Origin: Podarcis pityusensis
Lineage: Eukaryota
Reading direction: 5' to 3' (one strand)
Length of the DNA: 64,000 nt
Assembly (NCBI GenBank): GCA_964106645.2
Contig: OZ067042.1
Under the pieces are notes generated by a model, which was not told the origin of the DNA, ran no database searches, and saw nothing but the letters and a program-made list of their open reading frames with translations. A program made the position numbers and the translations under genes. Below, piece after piece: positions 1 through 11,668 of this stretch. Position 1 is the stretch's first letter, and every line of letters starts with the position of its first letter.

Positions 1-1249
1 TTCACTGTTGTTTTTGAAGGTTTTTTGTGTGTGGCCATTTGGGGTTTTTATTGTATATGTATCAGCCATCATGGGCTGTGCAAGATCCAGCTGCAAAGTC
101 CCACTCTCTGGTGTCAGAAAATCTCAATGGGAGGCATTGTCTGGCAGCTGCCAAATGGCAGCAAGGGAGGACTTGCCTTCATCCTGGGCTTGCATGATGA
201 CACTAAGGACGACCGATGCCAGGTGGCAGGAAATGCCACTGAATAATGTGTCGGCACAGGGACATTTCTGTTTCTGATACTACATTCGGATATCATTTTA
301 TTGTGAGAATTTTTTGTAAGACTACGTGAGCACCTTTCAGGGCTAAAAAGTGGGCTGTAAGGCTTCTTATGCTCCTGCAACAGGACTCTCCTCCCTCCTC
401 TCCCTCTTGCATGTACCACCCCCAAATCTGCCCCAAAACAAACTTGGACGCACAGAGGGAAGAGAGGGGAGGAAGGCCTTGTGCTGATAGGACAGCTTCC
501 TAGCACTACATTGGATAAAATTCTAAGTATTCCAAATAAATGATAGATTTTGATGTTTCATGTAAGCCTCTTTGGGTTCATTTCTTTTAAAAAGAAAATC
601 AGGATATAACATGCATTTTAAAATACATATCCATCCCCAACCTAGCTACCTGTATACTACATTTTCTCTTCTTTTCTCTCTTGCTTTCTATTCTTGATTC
701 TGTATCTTCGTGGGTTTCTACATATAGTTCTGATATTTATTTATTTTTACAATGCAGACTTCTAATAGGAAGGTTTTCCATTGGGAGTAAGGCTAGTCCC
801 CTGCCCCTTCTATTAATTGGGGACAGGAGTATCATCCACAGCAGATGGTTAGCCATCTGCAGTGTTAAAGCTACCAGAAACCACCACCTGTCCGAAAGGA
901 CTATTTACCTTCCTTGTGGCAACAGACTAACATGGCTACTCTTCTGGAATTTTATTTTAATGGATTGCCTATTATTTCAGCTGGTGTACACAACTTTGCC
1001 ATAGGCAGGAAGCCCTGCTCTATAAATAGAGGGAACTTTGTAATGGCATAACTGCGTAAGAAATATTCAGAAGTCACATACACTTACAATGCACATCTGA
1101 GTTCTGAAGTGCAGAAGAGTTAGGAAATGTCATTCTTCCAGTCTCTAGCATGAATTCAAGCCCCAAGGAAACCAAATAGTTCATCCCAATTTAGCATGGG
1201 CTTTAAGTGTTTCCAGGTTTGACTGCTTGGGCAGGCTACATGGTTCTCA

Positions 1250-1420
1250 GCCTTTGTGCTCTCTGATAATTCTAATTCAAAGTGTTGGTACTGACCTTTT
1301 AAGCCCTAAACGGCCTTGGTCCTGTATACCTGAAGGAGCATCTCCACCCCCATCATTCAGCCCAGACACTGAGGTCCAGCACCAAGGGCCTTCTGGAGGT
1401 TCTCTCACTGTGAGATTTGG
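1250..1420 (+). mobile_element. L2-clade LINE fragment
   Basis: ttcaaagtgttggtactgacctt..gccctaaacggccttggtcctgtatacctgaaggagcatctc gives FKVLVLTF.ALNGLGPVYLKEHL. Confidence 0.7.
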
Positions 1421-4400
1421 GACTCAAGCAGTCATCTAGTCCAGGGATGTCCAACTGGTCGACCCCGCAGTGGAGTTAAAGTCTTCACCCCCTGCTGTCG
1501 TCACTCTTTCCTCTGTCCTCTGTTGGGTCAAATGCTTATGTAGTCGGCACGTTAGAAAATGGAAGCAGCTGTTACTGCAGTGTTGTTGTTGTAATAAGTG
1601 TGCGATGTTGTCCCCCCCCCCCCAAATAAAGCTAAAAATGCTAGATTAGCTTTTCCTCCCTAAAAAAAGCTCAACAACTTTGGCTTTGCCCCCTCTAAAA
1701 TGTTCAACAACTTTGACTCCCCCCTCTCTCTTGGGAGCTGGACGTGCCTGATAGTCCAACTCCCTGCAATGTGTGTTTGGGGACTGTTTACCTGGCCACA
1801 ACCTCTGCTGAATCAGGTCTTGGTTCCAGTTCTTAGTATTTATAGCCCTGATCTGACTGCTTGTCTGGTTCTGAACCCTGACATACCTTTATGTATGTCT
1901 CAAGTGCCATCTGCAGACTCACTTCAGCTTTGCACCCAGCTCCTGTCCTTATTCTGGAGTTTCAGCTCTTGTGTCCTTCGCTGTAGTCCAGTGTTGACAG
2001 TGAATAGCAGGGCCCATAGGACAATTGGGTACGCCTACTGGGACTGATGGGAATTGTAGTCCAGCAACATCTGGAGAGCCACATGTCCCCCATCCCTCAT
2101 TTAGTTGATCTGCTGCACTGTGCCCCGGTGTTGAATTCCTGTTTACCCTTCAAAATGTACTTAAATATAATCCCTCGCGGTGGCTCCTTTTATAACTGAA
2201 CTAACCAGTTTTCAGATTTCATATGCACAGCTCTCATGCTTGATGCCCATCTCTTCATGTTGCTTATGCTCTTCCCTCTTTCTTTTCTTAGCCACTAATA
2301 TCCACGTGGCAAGCTTTGAGCCTACAAGTGCAGGAAACAGACAGGATGTGCATAGTCAAATCTATTAGTGAGTAGTTGCCAGAGTGAGCTGTTGGAAGGG
2401 AGAAGCTGGCACTGAGAGGACCCACTATTAAGGTTGTATTCTGGAGACAGAGCATGATGAAGCACAAAACATAACAGAGCTGGCCATACCTTTAGGCAGT
2501 TAAAGGCAGCCACTCCAGACAGATGGATTAATGAATCATGAAAGAACAGCAATTGCCATGTTTGAAGTTTTGGCTTTTGCTTACTGTCATAGTACTTGTG
2601 GGTATTAAGCACTGTGACTAAGGATCGGCAAATCTGTCAGTTTCCTTTTATCTCCATTTATCTCTCTCCCCCCCCCCCATCTTAAGTTCAGTTCTCCACA
2701 TTTCCACATCCATGTGTGATTTTTTTTTAAGGTCCTCATGAAAATTCATCAGCATTTTAGTGTAAATTCCTCCTAATATTTCTGTGTGCAATTTTGCCTA
2801 TTATGCACATTTTTTCAAAGCAATTCTCCCCAATGAAATGCTTTTTGAAATTTATTTTCACTAATACATATGTTTTTATGCTCACTTTATGTTAGTGTAG
2901 GTACACATTTTTGCACATAAAATCTGACTGGAGATGCATTGCAAAATTTGGAGAAGTGTGGATGTTAAGGAGTGGCAGTGTTTCATATTGTTTCAGAAAG
3001 TGCAAATTAGGTGGGTTCAGCTTTAAATGTGAACTGAATGTGATTTCTCCCCTATCTCCAAATGTTACTTGGGACAGATACCATTTGGTGTTCCGCTACA
3101 GGCAGCAAAATCTCTTGAGCTGGGCCTGAAGCATTGTAACAGGGAATGAAGGGAGTATGAAGGATGCAGTGTGGAGATGGGCAACATCCACTGTGATGGA
3201 AAAAGATGAAATAAAGGGTTGTTCCAGGCCTGTGTGTCTCATAAGAAGGACAGGTCTAATTAATTGTTGGCAGTTAGCAGTTAATCTCCATTTGTGACAA
3301 AGGAAGCACATAGTAAAAGAAAAGGAAATGGTGAGTAAGAAGTGGTTTCAACTAAATTTAACAGTGCTTACTGAATGGAATCTGGAGTTATTCTCTAAAC
3401 TGTATTTATTTTTCTTTTAAGTATCTGTGCCAGGGCACATTCTGCTTGCTCCTGAGTGGGGAGGTGTACAGGGAACTCGAGCTGTTCCAGCCATTCAAGT
3501 GCAGAACATGCATACATAGGCAGGGGGGCTTCAGGGTCTGCCCTTGAGTCCTAGTCACATTCTTTTCAGTGTCTGAAAGGGACTATTTGTGTGTACAATT
3601 GAGACCCCTGTCTCCATCAGCTAAGCACAATTGTTCTACATAAACAGACGTACTGAAAAGACATCAATGATTTTGGTTTGAAAGAGAGGTTTGCACTACC
3701 CTCCAAAACATGTGCTTTCCAGTTCTACAAGTCGCACCATTTTATTGTTCCTGTCTGTATTTCCCATGGCAGCAACTGACAACCAGAGAGAGAACCAAGC
3801 ACTGTAACAATCAAAGACACTGAGATCCCAAGGACAGAGGGATACAATGCTGCAGACAGGATTTACAGTGGTGATGGGGAACCTGTGGTTCTCCAGGCAT
3901 TGTTTGATGACAGCTCCCAGCATTCCTAACTGTTGACCATCTTGGCTGGGGCTGATAAGAGTTGGGAGTCCAACAACCTCTGGAAGGTCATAGGGTCTCT
4001 GTCCCTGATATACAGGCTCCAGAACATATGGGAATAAATAAGGAAGGCTTTTGGTCTTCAGTTTCAGAGAAAAACTGATACTGGTTCCCAGGGGCAGGGA
4101 ATCATGTGTAAAGGACTCCCCTCTCCTCACTTGTATATAATTAATATGCATATTTGCCAAACGGGTGACTAGCTATAAATATAAATCAGATAGTAAGCAG
4201 AAGTGTAAAGGACCTATACAAAGGGAACTAGCAGCACAATTGTTGTGTTGTGTGCCACCCCAATCTCTCAGCAGTGCAAGATTCCAGGGGTTCCAGACAC
4301 TTACCCAGGATTCGTGTTTCCTTTTGGAAATGAGGCACATTGGGGACTGTAGTGTCTTTATGATATATGGTTTAATTACACATATATACAACCTGAGTCT

Positions 4401-6085
4401 ACAATGGAGGGGTTCACAGTATTAACACTCCAAAAGGGTCTTGTTTCTCCTGTAGCCACAGCCTTAGATTTAAACAGGCATCAAACATTGCTCTGTCTCA
4501 GTCTTCTCCCAGCTTGCTGCTTTACATCTGGCCCTCATCCCTGCAATTTTTCACTCTTTCCAATTATCAAGTTGAGGGAGGGGCCTCGCCCATTTGCCCT
4601 CTCCCACAGAGCTCCTTCCTTTGTTCTCCTTACACCTTCCAGGAGGCTAGCCTCGCTATTCCAGGAATTAGAAGGCTTGATTTGATTTTAACACTTGCTG
4701 GATCCAGAGATTAGAGGGTTCCGGCATACAGTTCAACACCCCAAACTCATAACACTATACAAATCCTATTCAGACAAATTCATGGGTAAGTGAGCACAGG
4801 ATTGCAGCCTAAAAGAAAACAAAGAACACCTATCAATTCTCCATTATTATTATTTTTTGAAACAGGCAAAATATTTATTTATTTAATTAAGTTTATACCC
4901 CACCCTTCTTCCCTTAGGAGCCCAGATATTGGGAGGAAGAATGTGCTATCACAGCTGCCAAAACTGATGCCTGGTTACCACATGGGGAGCCAACCAGGCA
5001 GCAACTGGCACAAATTACTTCCATTGCAAACAGGAAGAACAGGTTTTCCTAAAACTTGATATTTAACTTAAAGTTATACACCTAAGCAGAATGCCGTGAA
5101 TATGCTTCACAGTGAAATCACTATTTAAATTTATGTATGTTAGGATGTACAGTAAATAACAACATGCTGCATTTTTTCTATTATATGGACTTGTAGTTTG
5201 TTAGTGTGTTTTGGGTATTGTGGGTGCCACCTAAAAAAATAATAATTAATTTTTAAAATTTTTTAAACCCGTATAAGTTTAAGATTAAAACATTTAGAAG
5301 TTTTTTTTAATTAAAAAATATTAAAAACAAACTACTGAGATGCCAAAATTTCAAAAGCTATTATGGTTAAATTGATATAATTTAGTTTTGCTTGGTAAGT
5401 AAAATTTGGTAAGTAAAATGTTAGCATTACCTGACATTTTCAGAAGGTAAAATTAAAATTCTTTGTTTTTCTGAAAACAGTTTATGTGCTTCTTTATCAA
5501 ACATAGATTTACCAAGCTAGATATTGGCCAATCACAACAATAATGGATTTGGATTCCGCACACCCAAAAACATAATTAGGACCCCACATTGGATTCACCC
5601 TACTGTGAGGGCTTCCATATCTACATATTGTCACTTGAAGCTGCAGTCACACATTCTAAATGTGCATACGTAAACTCACCTTCCTGTGCTTTGTGCTTTC
5701 CTGTAGTACCTGCTGAACCTGTACAAGTGTAAGCTAGTAGGTCATTATAAAGAGTACAGCTCTTGATAGTCCCAGAACAAAGGAATACACTATCCCATCT
5801 GGAAGCCAGAGGAGCTAGGGCAGAGCCAGCCATGTGGCCCTGTTGTATGATTAGCCTTGACAAGTGAGGCAGAGTGCAGCAATGACCTCAGGTGGCAGAT
5901 ACTAGCGGGGGCGGGGAGAGGAGCATCCCTCTAGCCATTCCACTCTGTTGGAGATTAGAACTATGTGTGTCACAGGGTTGTACAATCGCTAAACAAGCCA
6001 TCTGTCCTCCGTGCATGTGGGGATGTTATCCCATTGCCAGTGTTGACTGTTCAAGTGCCAGAACAGTCAACTTCTGTACTTTGAA

Positions 6086-6508
6086 TGGGATGGGGCAGAA
6101 ATTTGGTCTGATCCACATTAAGATCCACTCTTTCTGAAACAATATGTGAACCAAAACGCAGCTATACCCTGAAATTCACACTTCTTCAAATTTTGCGATG
6201 CAATTCTCCAAACCAAAATGTGTACAAAAGTACACATATTAGGGAATAGTGTGTATAACAATGCATATTTTAGTGGAAACAGGGGAAACAGCATACAAAA
6301 GTGCACTATATTGCTTGCAAAAATGTATGTAGTAGCCAAAATTGCAGACAAAAATGTGTATGTTAGCATTTTAGTGCACATTCCTCCTATCTGATTTTCA
6401 TGAAGACTATTATATTTTTTAAAATGCAAAATAATACAAACTGAATTTGAGAGTGAAAAAAAATGAGACATTGAGAGAAACTGAAATTAACAGGTTCATC
6501 CATCCCTA
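6086..6508. mobile_element. Old AT-rich hAT-like repeat (related copies near 2620-3060, 12330-12775 and 24863-25120)
   Basis: GGGATGG...CCATCCCTA termini and shared internal blocks (gatgcaattctcc, aaaatgtgta) in four diverged copies. Confidence 0.6.
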
Positions 6509-8259
6509 GATGGATGCATCATTCTGTATTTTGCCTCAGGCAGCAACACGTCTTGGGAGCAGCTCTGGCGATGAGGCAGCCGTGAAATTGATCAGAAGAG
6601 CAGCAGGAGAGGGCATACTTAATCTCTTCAACCAGCCTGGGGTTGGGGTATATGTGGTCCTTTTAGCTTATTCCATACCAAGAAAACGTCACCTCGGGGA
6701 GGTCAGTTTTAATTGGAAAGGGAGGCTATACTGAATGAGTTAAATACCTCATCTCCCCACCATTGCACTGATCAAAATTGCAACCTCTAGCAGCTATATT
6801 AAAGTAAAACCAAAAACTGTCAGGAGACTTCTTATATTCCTCCAGTATCTTACTTAGTTTGACACTCACTGAGATGATAAATCTGTACTACGTAAAAACA
6901 GAAGAAAAGAAAGCAAAACTAGATGTCTCTCTCAGGTCTACATTAAAAACAGAGATGTCTAGAAGATGGCAAGGTTATTGCTCTTCTTCCTGATACCTAG
7001 TGTTCTGTGTCCAGGGATTTATTATTAAATCCCCCCCTTTTCCATTCAAAGTTAGAGCTGGCCTAAAGCATTTTGCTGCCTGAGGTGGAGCAGTAAAGGG
7101 CATATACATCCACCCCACCAGTCCAGGTGCATAATATCCAGGGCTGGTGAAATTATTTTGGCACACGCGGCAGAAAAATCTCACCTCTCCTTGGCAGGAA
7201 AAATACAACAACACTAAATTAGAAATAGCAGTTTGCTGTCATCTCAGAAACAGCTGCCTTGCTGTGCTTGACGATAGGGCTGGCCTTGCTGAATTCTTAC
7301 AGCTAAGGAACTTACAGTGAGAAGTAAGCCTATGTCCTATCTAGATGATGGAGATTAGCAGGGTGCAAAGTGTGTACAATAGTAGTTAAATAAGCAAGAG
7401 CTGCAACCATTTCCCCGAGAGTCTAGGCTTTTACCTCTTTCCTCCACCACTACTGGTCACAACAAAAACATCATTCATCATCAAGCTAAAGAAAACTTGC
7501 TTTGCAAAGGCTACACTGAGCGACACATGACTTGACAAAGCAGGAAGCACATAAATATAGACATGCCAGTGATGTCTGACATGTTGGATAGCCCTGCCTT
7601 GCATCCTCCTCATTCCGATGCCAAGAGTAAGACTACTTTTTGTGGAATCCATTGAAGCTTCCACTGAACACTAGTTGAGAACATCACGAATGGGCACACT
7701 GGACCAGCTTGCACATCACATTAAACTGTACTTAAAAACAAACTATGGTTTTTAATGTGAAGTGCAAACTGGATCATTAATTGGTCATATGATGCAGAGG
7801 GCTCTCTTGTCTATGAAAGCTAAGGTATCACAAGACTCTGAATTATTTTTGCTGCAACATGGCTACCACTCTGAAAAATTTAATTGGTTTCTTAAATGGT
7901 TCAGAAGAACCATTCAGGTTAATGCAGCTGATGTTCTATGCTTATTAAAGGACCAGACACCTTGAAATTACCCCAGATCCGCTGCCAGTTCATTTAGTTA
8001 TGGGGCAGATAGTTATGCTTAATTTGTAATATTTGAATGTGGCTCTTCCTTCTTTCAGTTAGTGGATTTATAATACTGTCCTTAAAACATACTCGTTCAT
8101 CTCTACTTCAGCATACCCTTCAACATATTTTCTTATTCTAAACAGATTTTGTCAGAGCATGTTGTACAAGTCAAAGCTAAACAAGTCTTACTTATATGAT
8201 AAGGAGATAAGGGAAGAAACAGAGCCTTATAGCTGCTATGGTCAGGTATTGCTAGTTTA

Positions 8260-8278
8260 TGGCGCCCTCTGGTGTATT
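8260..8278 (-). promoter_or_regulatory. Candidate CTCF site
   Basis: Minus strand reads ACACCAGAGGGCGCCA, close to the CTCF core CCACCAG(G/A)GGGCGC; retains a CpG in AT-rich surroundings. Confidence 0.6.
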
Positions 8279-8720
8279 TGAAATACTGCCTTTGTGCTTT
8301 TGGTTTGTGCCTAAAACATTCCTGCAAGTCTTGAAAACGTTGGTTTTGTTTTACTACCAACAGAAATGTACCCCTGTACAGATAGTATTACCTGTTTTTA
8401 GTCTTTCCTTTACAATAAAATGAAACATCTGTTTTGTGCCTTTCACATACAATGAAGACTTAGCAGGTGGTTTTCATCTGAAGAAATTGGTAGAGATTTT
8501 TCAAATCAAAATGTGATGTTACTTGCCTCTGAGACAAATGGTCTATCCTTTAGAGTTTAGCAGGGAATAAATATCTTATTCAAACCAACAATGAACCACT
8601 TCATAGTTTTGTTATATTATTTGTATCATAGCAGTCATCCAATTTAAGGTGCCATCACCATTTTGTCTTTCTGACATCTCTTTTCTCCTTGACAAAATCA
8701 ACAGGTGAGCATTGTCAGTG

Positions 8721-8726
8721 TTTATT
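8721..8726 (-). promoter_or_regulatory. Candidate CALHM1 polyadenylation signal (AATAAA)
   Basis: tttatt on the plus strand about 170 nt downstream of the CALHM1 stop; the first canonical hexamer after the stop. Confidence 0.45.
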
Positions 8727-8895
8727 TGTTCTGTTCCATGCTAGTGCCCACAGAAAAGCTGGGGGGGGGGGAGACTTTTGGACTGGTGTTCTGGATGCTC
8801 TCACAATGAATAGTTGAAGGATCTCCTTGATAAATGTGTGGTCCCAAGCCGTGATCTAAAGGGATATGTGCTTTCTGATTACTTCCACTCCGTCC

Positions 8896-9354
8896 TCAGA
8901 CTTTGCTGTAATAGGTAGCATACTCTCTTTTAGGCGGCTGAGGGTGTGCGATTTCTCCTGCCCAACAATTCCCATTCTGGATCACCTCTTGGCTGAGGCA
9001 CAAAGGGGGCTTACATTTGTGCCAGTTCTTCAGAATTTTGTTCATGGTCCCTTGATCCATGATGCCCAGCAATTTTTCCTTCTCTTCTCCTGTTTCGGAA
9101 GGTGTCTTTTCCACAAAGGTTGCATGACCCATGCTTAGGTCCTTATTCGTGCCCTCAAAAAACTGCTGGATGCAAACCTTGGCAAAGCTTTTAGCGTGTT
9201 CCGTGCAGGTCTCATCAAAGAGCTTGCGTTCGATGTCGATATAGTGAGACCAATACTTGCTCTTCAGGAATGCGGCTTGAGTAAAGCAGGGACGTAAGGA
9301 ACGAACAAGGAATGCCAACAAGGTCATCAACAGCACAAAGGTCCAGCCCATTGC
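8896..9354 (-). CDS. CALHM1: CALHM1 coding exon 2 (152 codons plus stop)
   Basis: Acceptor ttcag|GCA, then AMGWTFVLL...[35 protein letters not shown]...YATYYSKV*, matching the CALHM1 C-terminal half. In frame with exon 1 (335 aa total). Confidence 0.97.
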   Translation of the reverse strand, partial: AMGWTFVLLMTLLAFLVRSLRPCFTQAAFLKSKYWSHYIDIERKLFDETCTEHAKSFAKVCIQQFFEGTNKDLSMGHATFVEKTPSETGEEKEKLLGIMDQGTMNKILKNWHKCKPPLCLSQEVIQNGNCWAGEIAHPQPPKREYATYYSKV

Positions 9355-11119
9355 CTGAACGGGAAAACCAAACATCATACTATTATTAGGGAGGTGGTTG
9401 TGGGAGTGGGATAGAGAAATCTATGCAGTACACAATTGCAGTCATGATTATCAGTGGTCTTCCAGAATCTGTGGATCTTGGGACTAGCAACCTCAAAAGA
9501 TTGTGGGGCTGCTAGGCTCATGTCTCATCCATCAATGAGTGGATGATCCAGTTGTGTGAACTAACATCACAATCTACCGCATTGTACAATGGCAGTGATG
9601 TTTCCATATTTGTTTGCCAGATATGAATCCAATGAAAGCCCTGTGCTGTTGTATTTGAAGGTCTTGAAGTTGGGGGATCAAATGGAACCTGAACCAAAAT
9701 CTAGACCAAATCTTTTAGTTTTCCTCAACCAGAACACAGTTCAATCCATTTTAACAGGGATGTGTTGGGGAGCAACTACACCAGGAATAAGGAATCTGTA
9801 ACCTTCCTGATGTTGTTTGCCACAACTCCCATCAGCCCAACATGGCCAGTAGTTAGGGATAATGAGAGTCATGGTCCAACAACATCTAGAGGTCCACAGG
9901 TTCTCTATCCCTAAACCACAACACAGCATCTCTTATATTGCAGCAGTTACCTATGACTTTGGTCTGTCTGGATAATAATTTTCTAAAATTTATTGCATAA
10001 ACAAATTATTTCCCCACTCCTAAATCCAGTATTTTTCCTCTTGGCTTTCATTATTTTTTTAAAGGAGCACATTTTTGTCTCATGCTGAAACTGGCATGCC
10101 ATTTCACTAATACTAAGTAGAACCATTCAAATACAAAAGTATTTAGAATTGGGTTTTTTAATAGAATGAATTGATTATCTATAATGCCAAATTTAAAAAC
10201 CGCAACAGTGCAACAAATATTGCTTGATTAAAGAAAGCTCTGATTAAAGAAAGATCTGAATATTTATTCCAATACATTCTTAATGTTCAATGCTAAGAAA
10301 AGCAGTGGTTATCCAACTAATACACAGCAGAGGAAGGGCTAACATTGCCGAGCAATGCCAAGGGGAAACAGAACAGTGGCAGCATCAGATTGGTGAGAAC
10401 ACAAGTGATCAAATCAGATTTTTAAAATGACTTTGACGTTGTTCCCAGGTGAAAACCTAGAGGGAATTTGCATCCTATTTAAGATGCAGAGAACAAATGC
10501 AGACTGAACACAGTAAACAACAGGAAAGGACTGTATTGACCTGCCTGTTTTAGGTTGGGATCACTGGATATATTTGCCTGTATTTGCATTGCAAATGGAA
10601 TATTTGGAAGCAGGGGAAGTTTAATCATAGGAATTCATCCCTTCTTCTCTCACTTCCTTCTATAATCCATACTTCTTACCAAAAATGATGCATGGAATTA
10701 TTACAGTAAGGAATCAGGCACTCTGTTTTGCAGGATGCACCCTACATAAGCCCACTCTTTGAATGTGGAACTAGCACACATTGCAGCTCCAAATGTGTGC
10801 ACACTTACCTGTGATTAAGGCTCACAATTTATGCTGTAAAAAGAATAAACTGCAATTGTAGCGTGAGGAGTATATCCATTACATCACATTTTAAACATGT
10901 TTTCTATGAAGTGGGACCTCAAGAGAAGGAGGAAAAGTGTTGTGTTTCTTACCAGTAATAAAGAACTGCAGAATGCTGAAAAATGCTCAGAGTGCTTGCA
11001 GTGTATAGGAAATGATAGCATGATAAGTCATATAAAAAGCCTGCCAGCTTTATAAGGGGTCTCTCCCATTCTCTACACCAAATTAGCTTAAGCAAATCCT
11101 GCAATCACTTTTTGCTTAC

Positions 11120-11668
11120 CTGTGATATACAGCGCAGATACCTGGTTGCCACCTCTTTGGCAATAAGTTCCTGCCCCTTGTAGATGTCTGTGCAGGGAAT
11201 CCGGGCCAGAATTCTCCTCAGTTCCTTCTCAGGTAGTTGGGTATAGCTCTGGTTCCCCAACTTATCTACAGGCACAGAGGTGCTGAAGGCACATATAAAG
11301 CACTCTCCATGCAGCAGTGTGACTGAAATCCAAACAGCAGGAGCAATCATAGCCCGCTGTGCCATGGAGCAGAACATGTACCGCAGGACAGCCGGGTCTT
11401 TCTGCCGCTTCCCTGTGGGTCTTTTCCACTCTTCAGCCAACATGGAGACATTGTTATTCATCACAAAGCCCAGTAGAAACAAGACCAGGGGTGGCACAAA
11501 CAGGATACCCATCCCATAGGCCAGGTTATAACCTGGAAGACATGGGCAGTTGAAGTCAAAAGCCACGTACATCTGTGCACTGGCAAGAGCCATGATGCCA
11601 CATATGCCATTCATGAATGATTCCTGGTTGGACTGGAGGAACTGGAAGATCATACGGAATTTATCCAT
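11120..11668 (-). CDS. CALHM1: CALHM1 coding exon 1 (183 codons, phase-0 donor)
   Basis: ATG at 11668 gives [34 protein letters not shown]...[12 protein letters not shown]...RYLRCISQ, nearly identical to the vertebrate CALHM1 N-terminus. Ends at CAG|gtaagc. The NQS sequon corresponds to human N140. The ORF track start at 11686 is a GTG extension. Confidence 0.97.
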
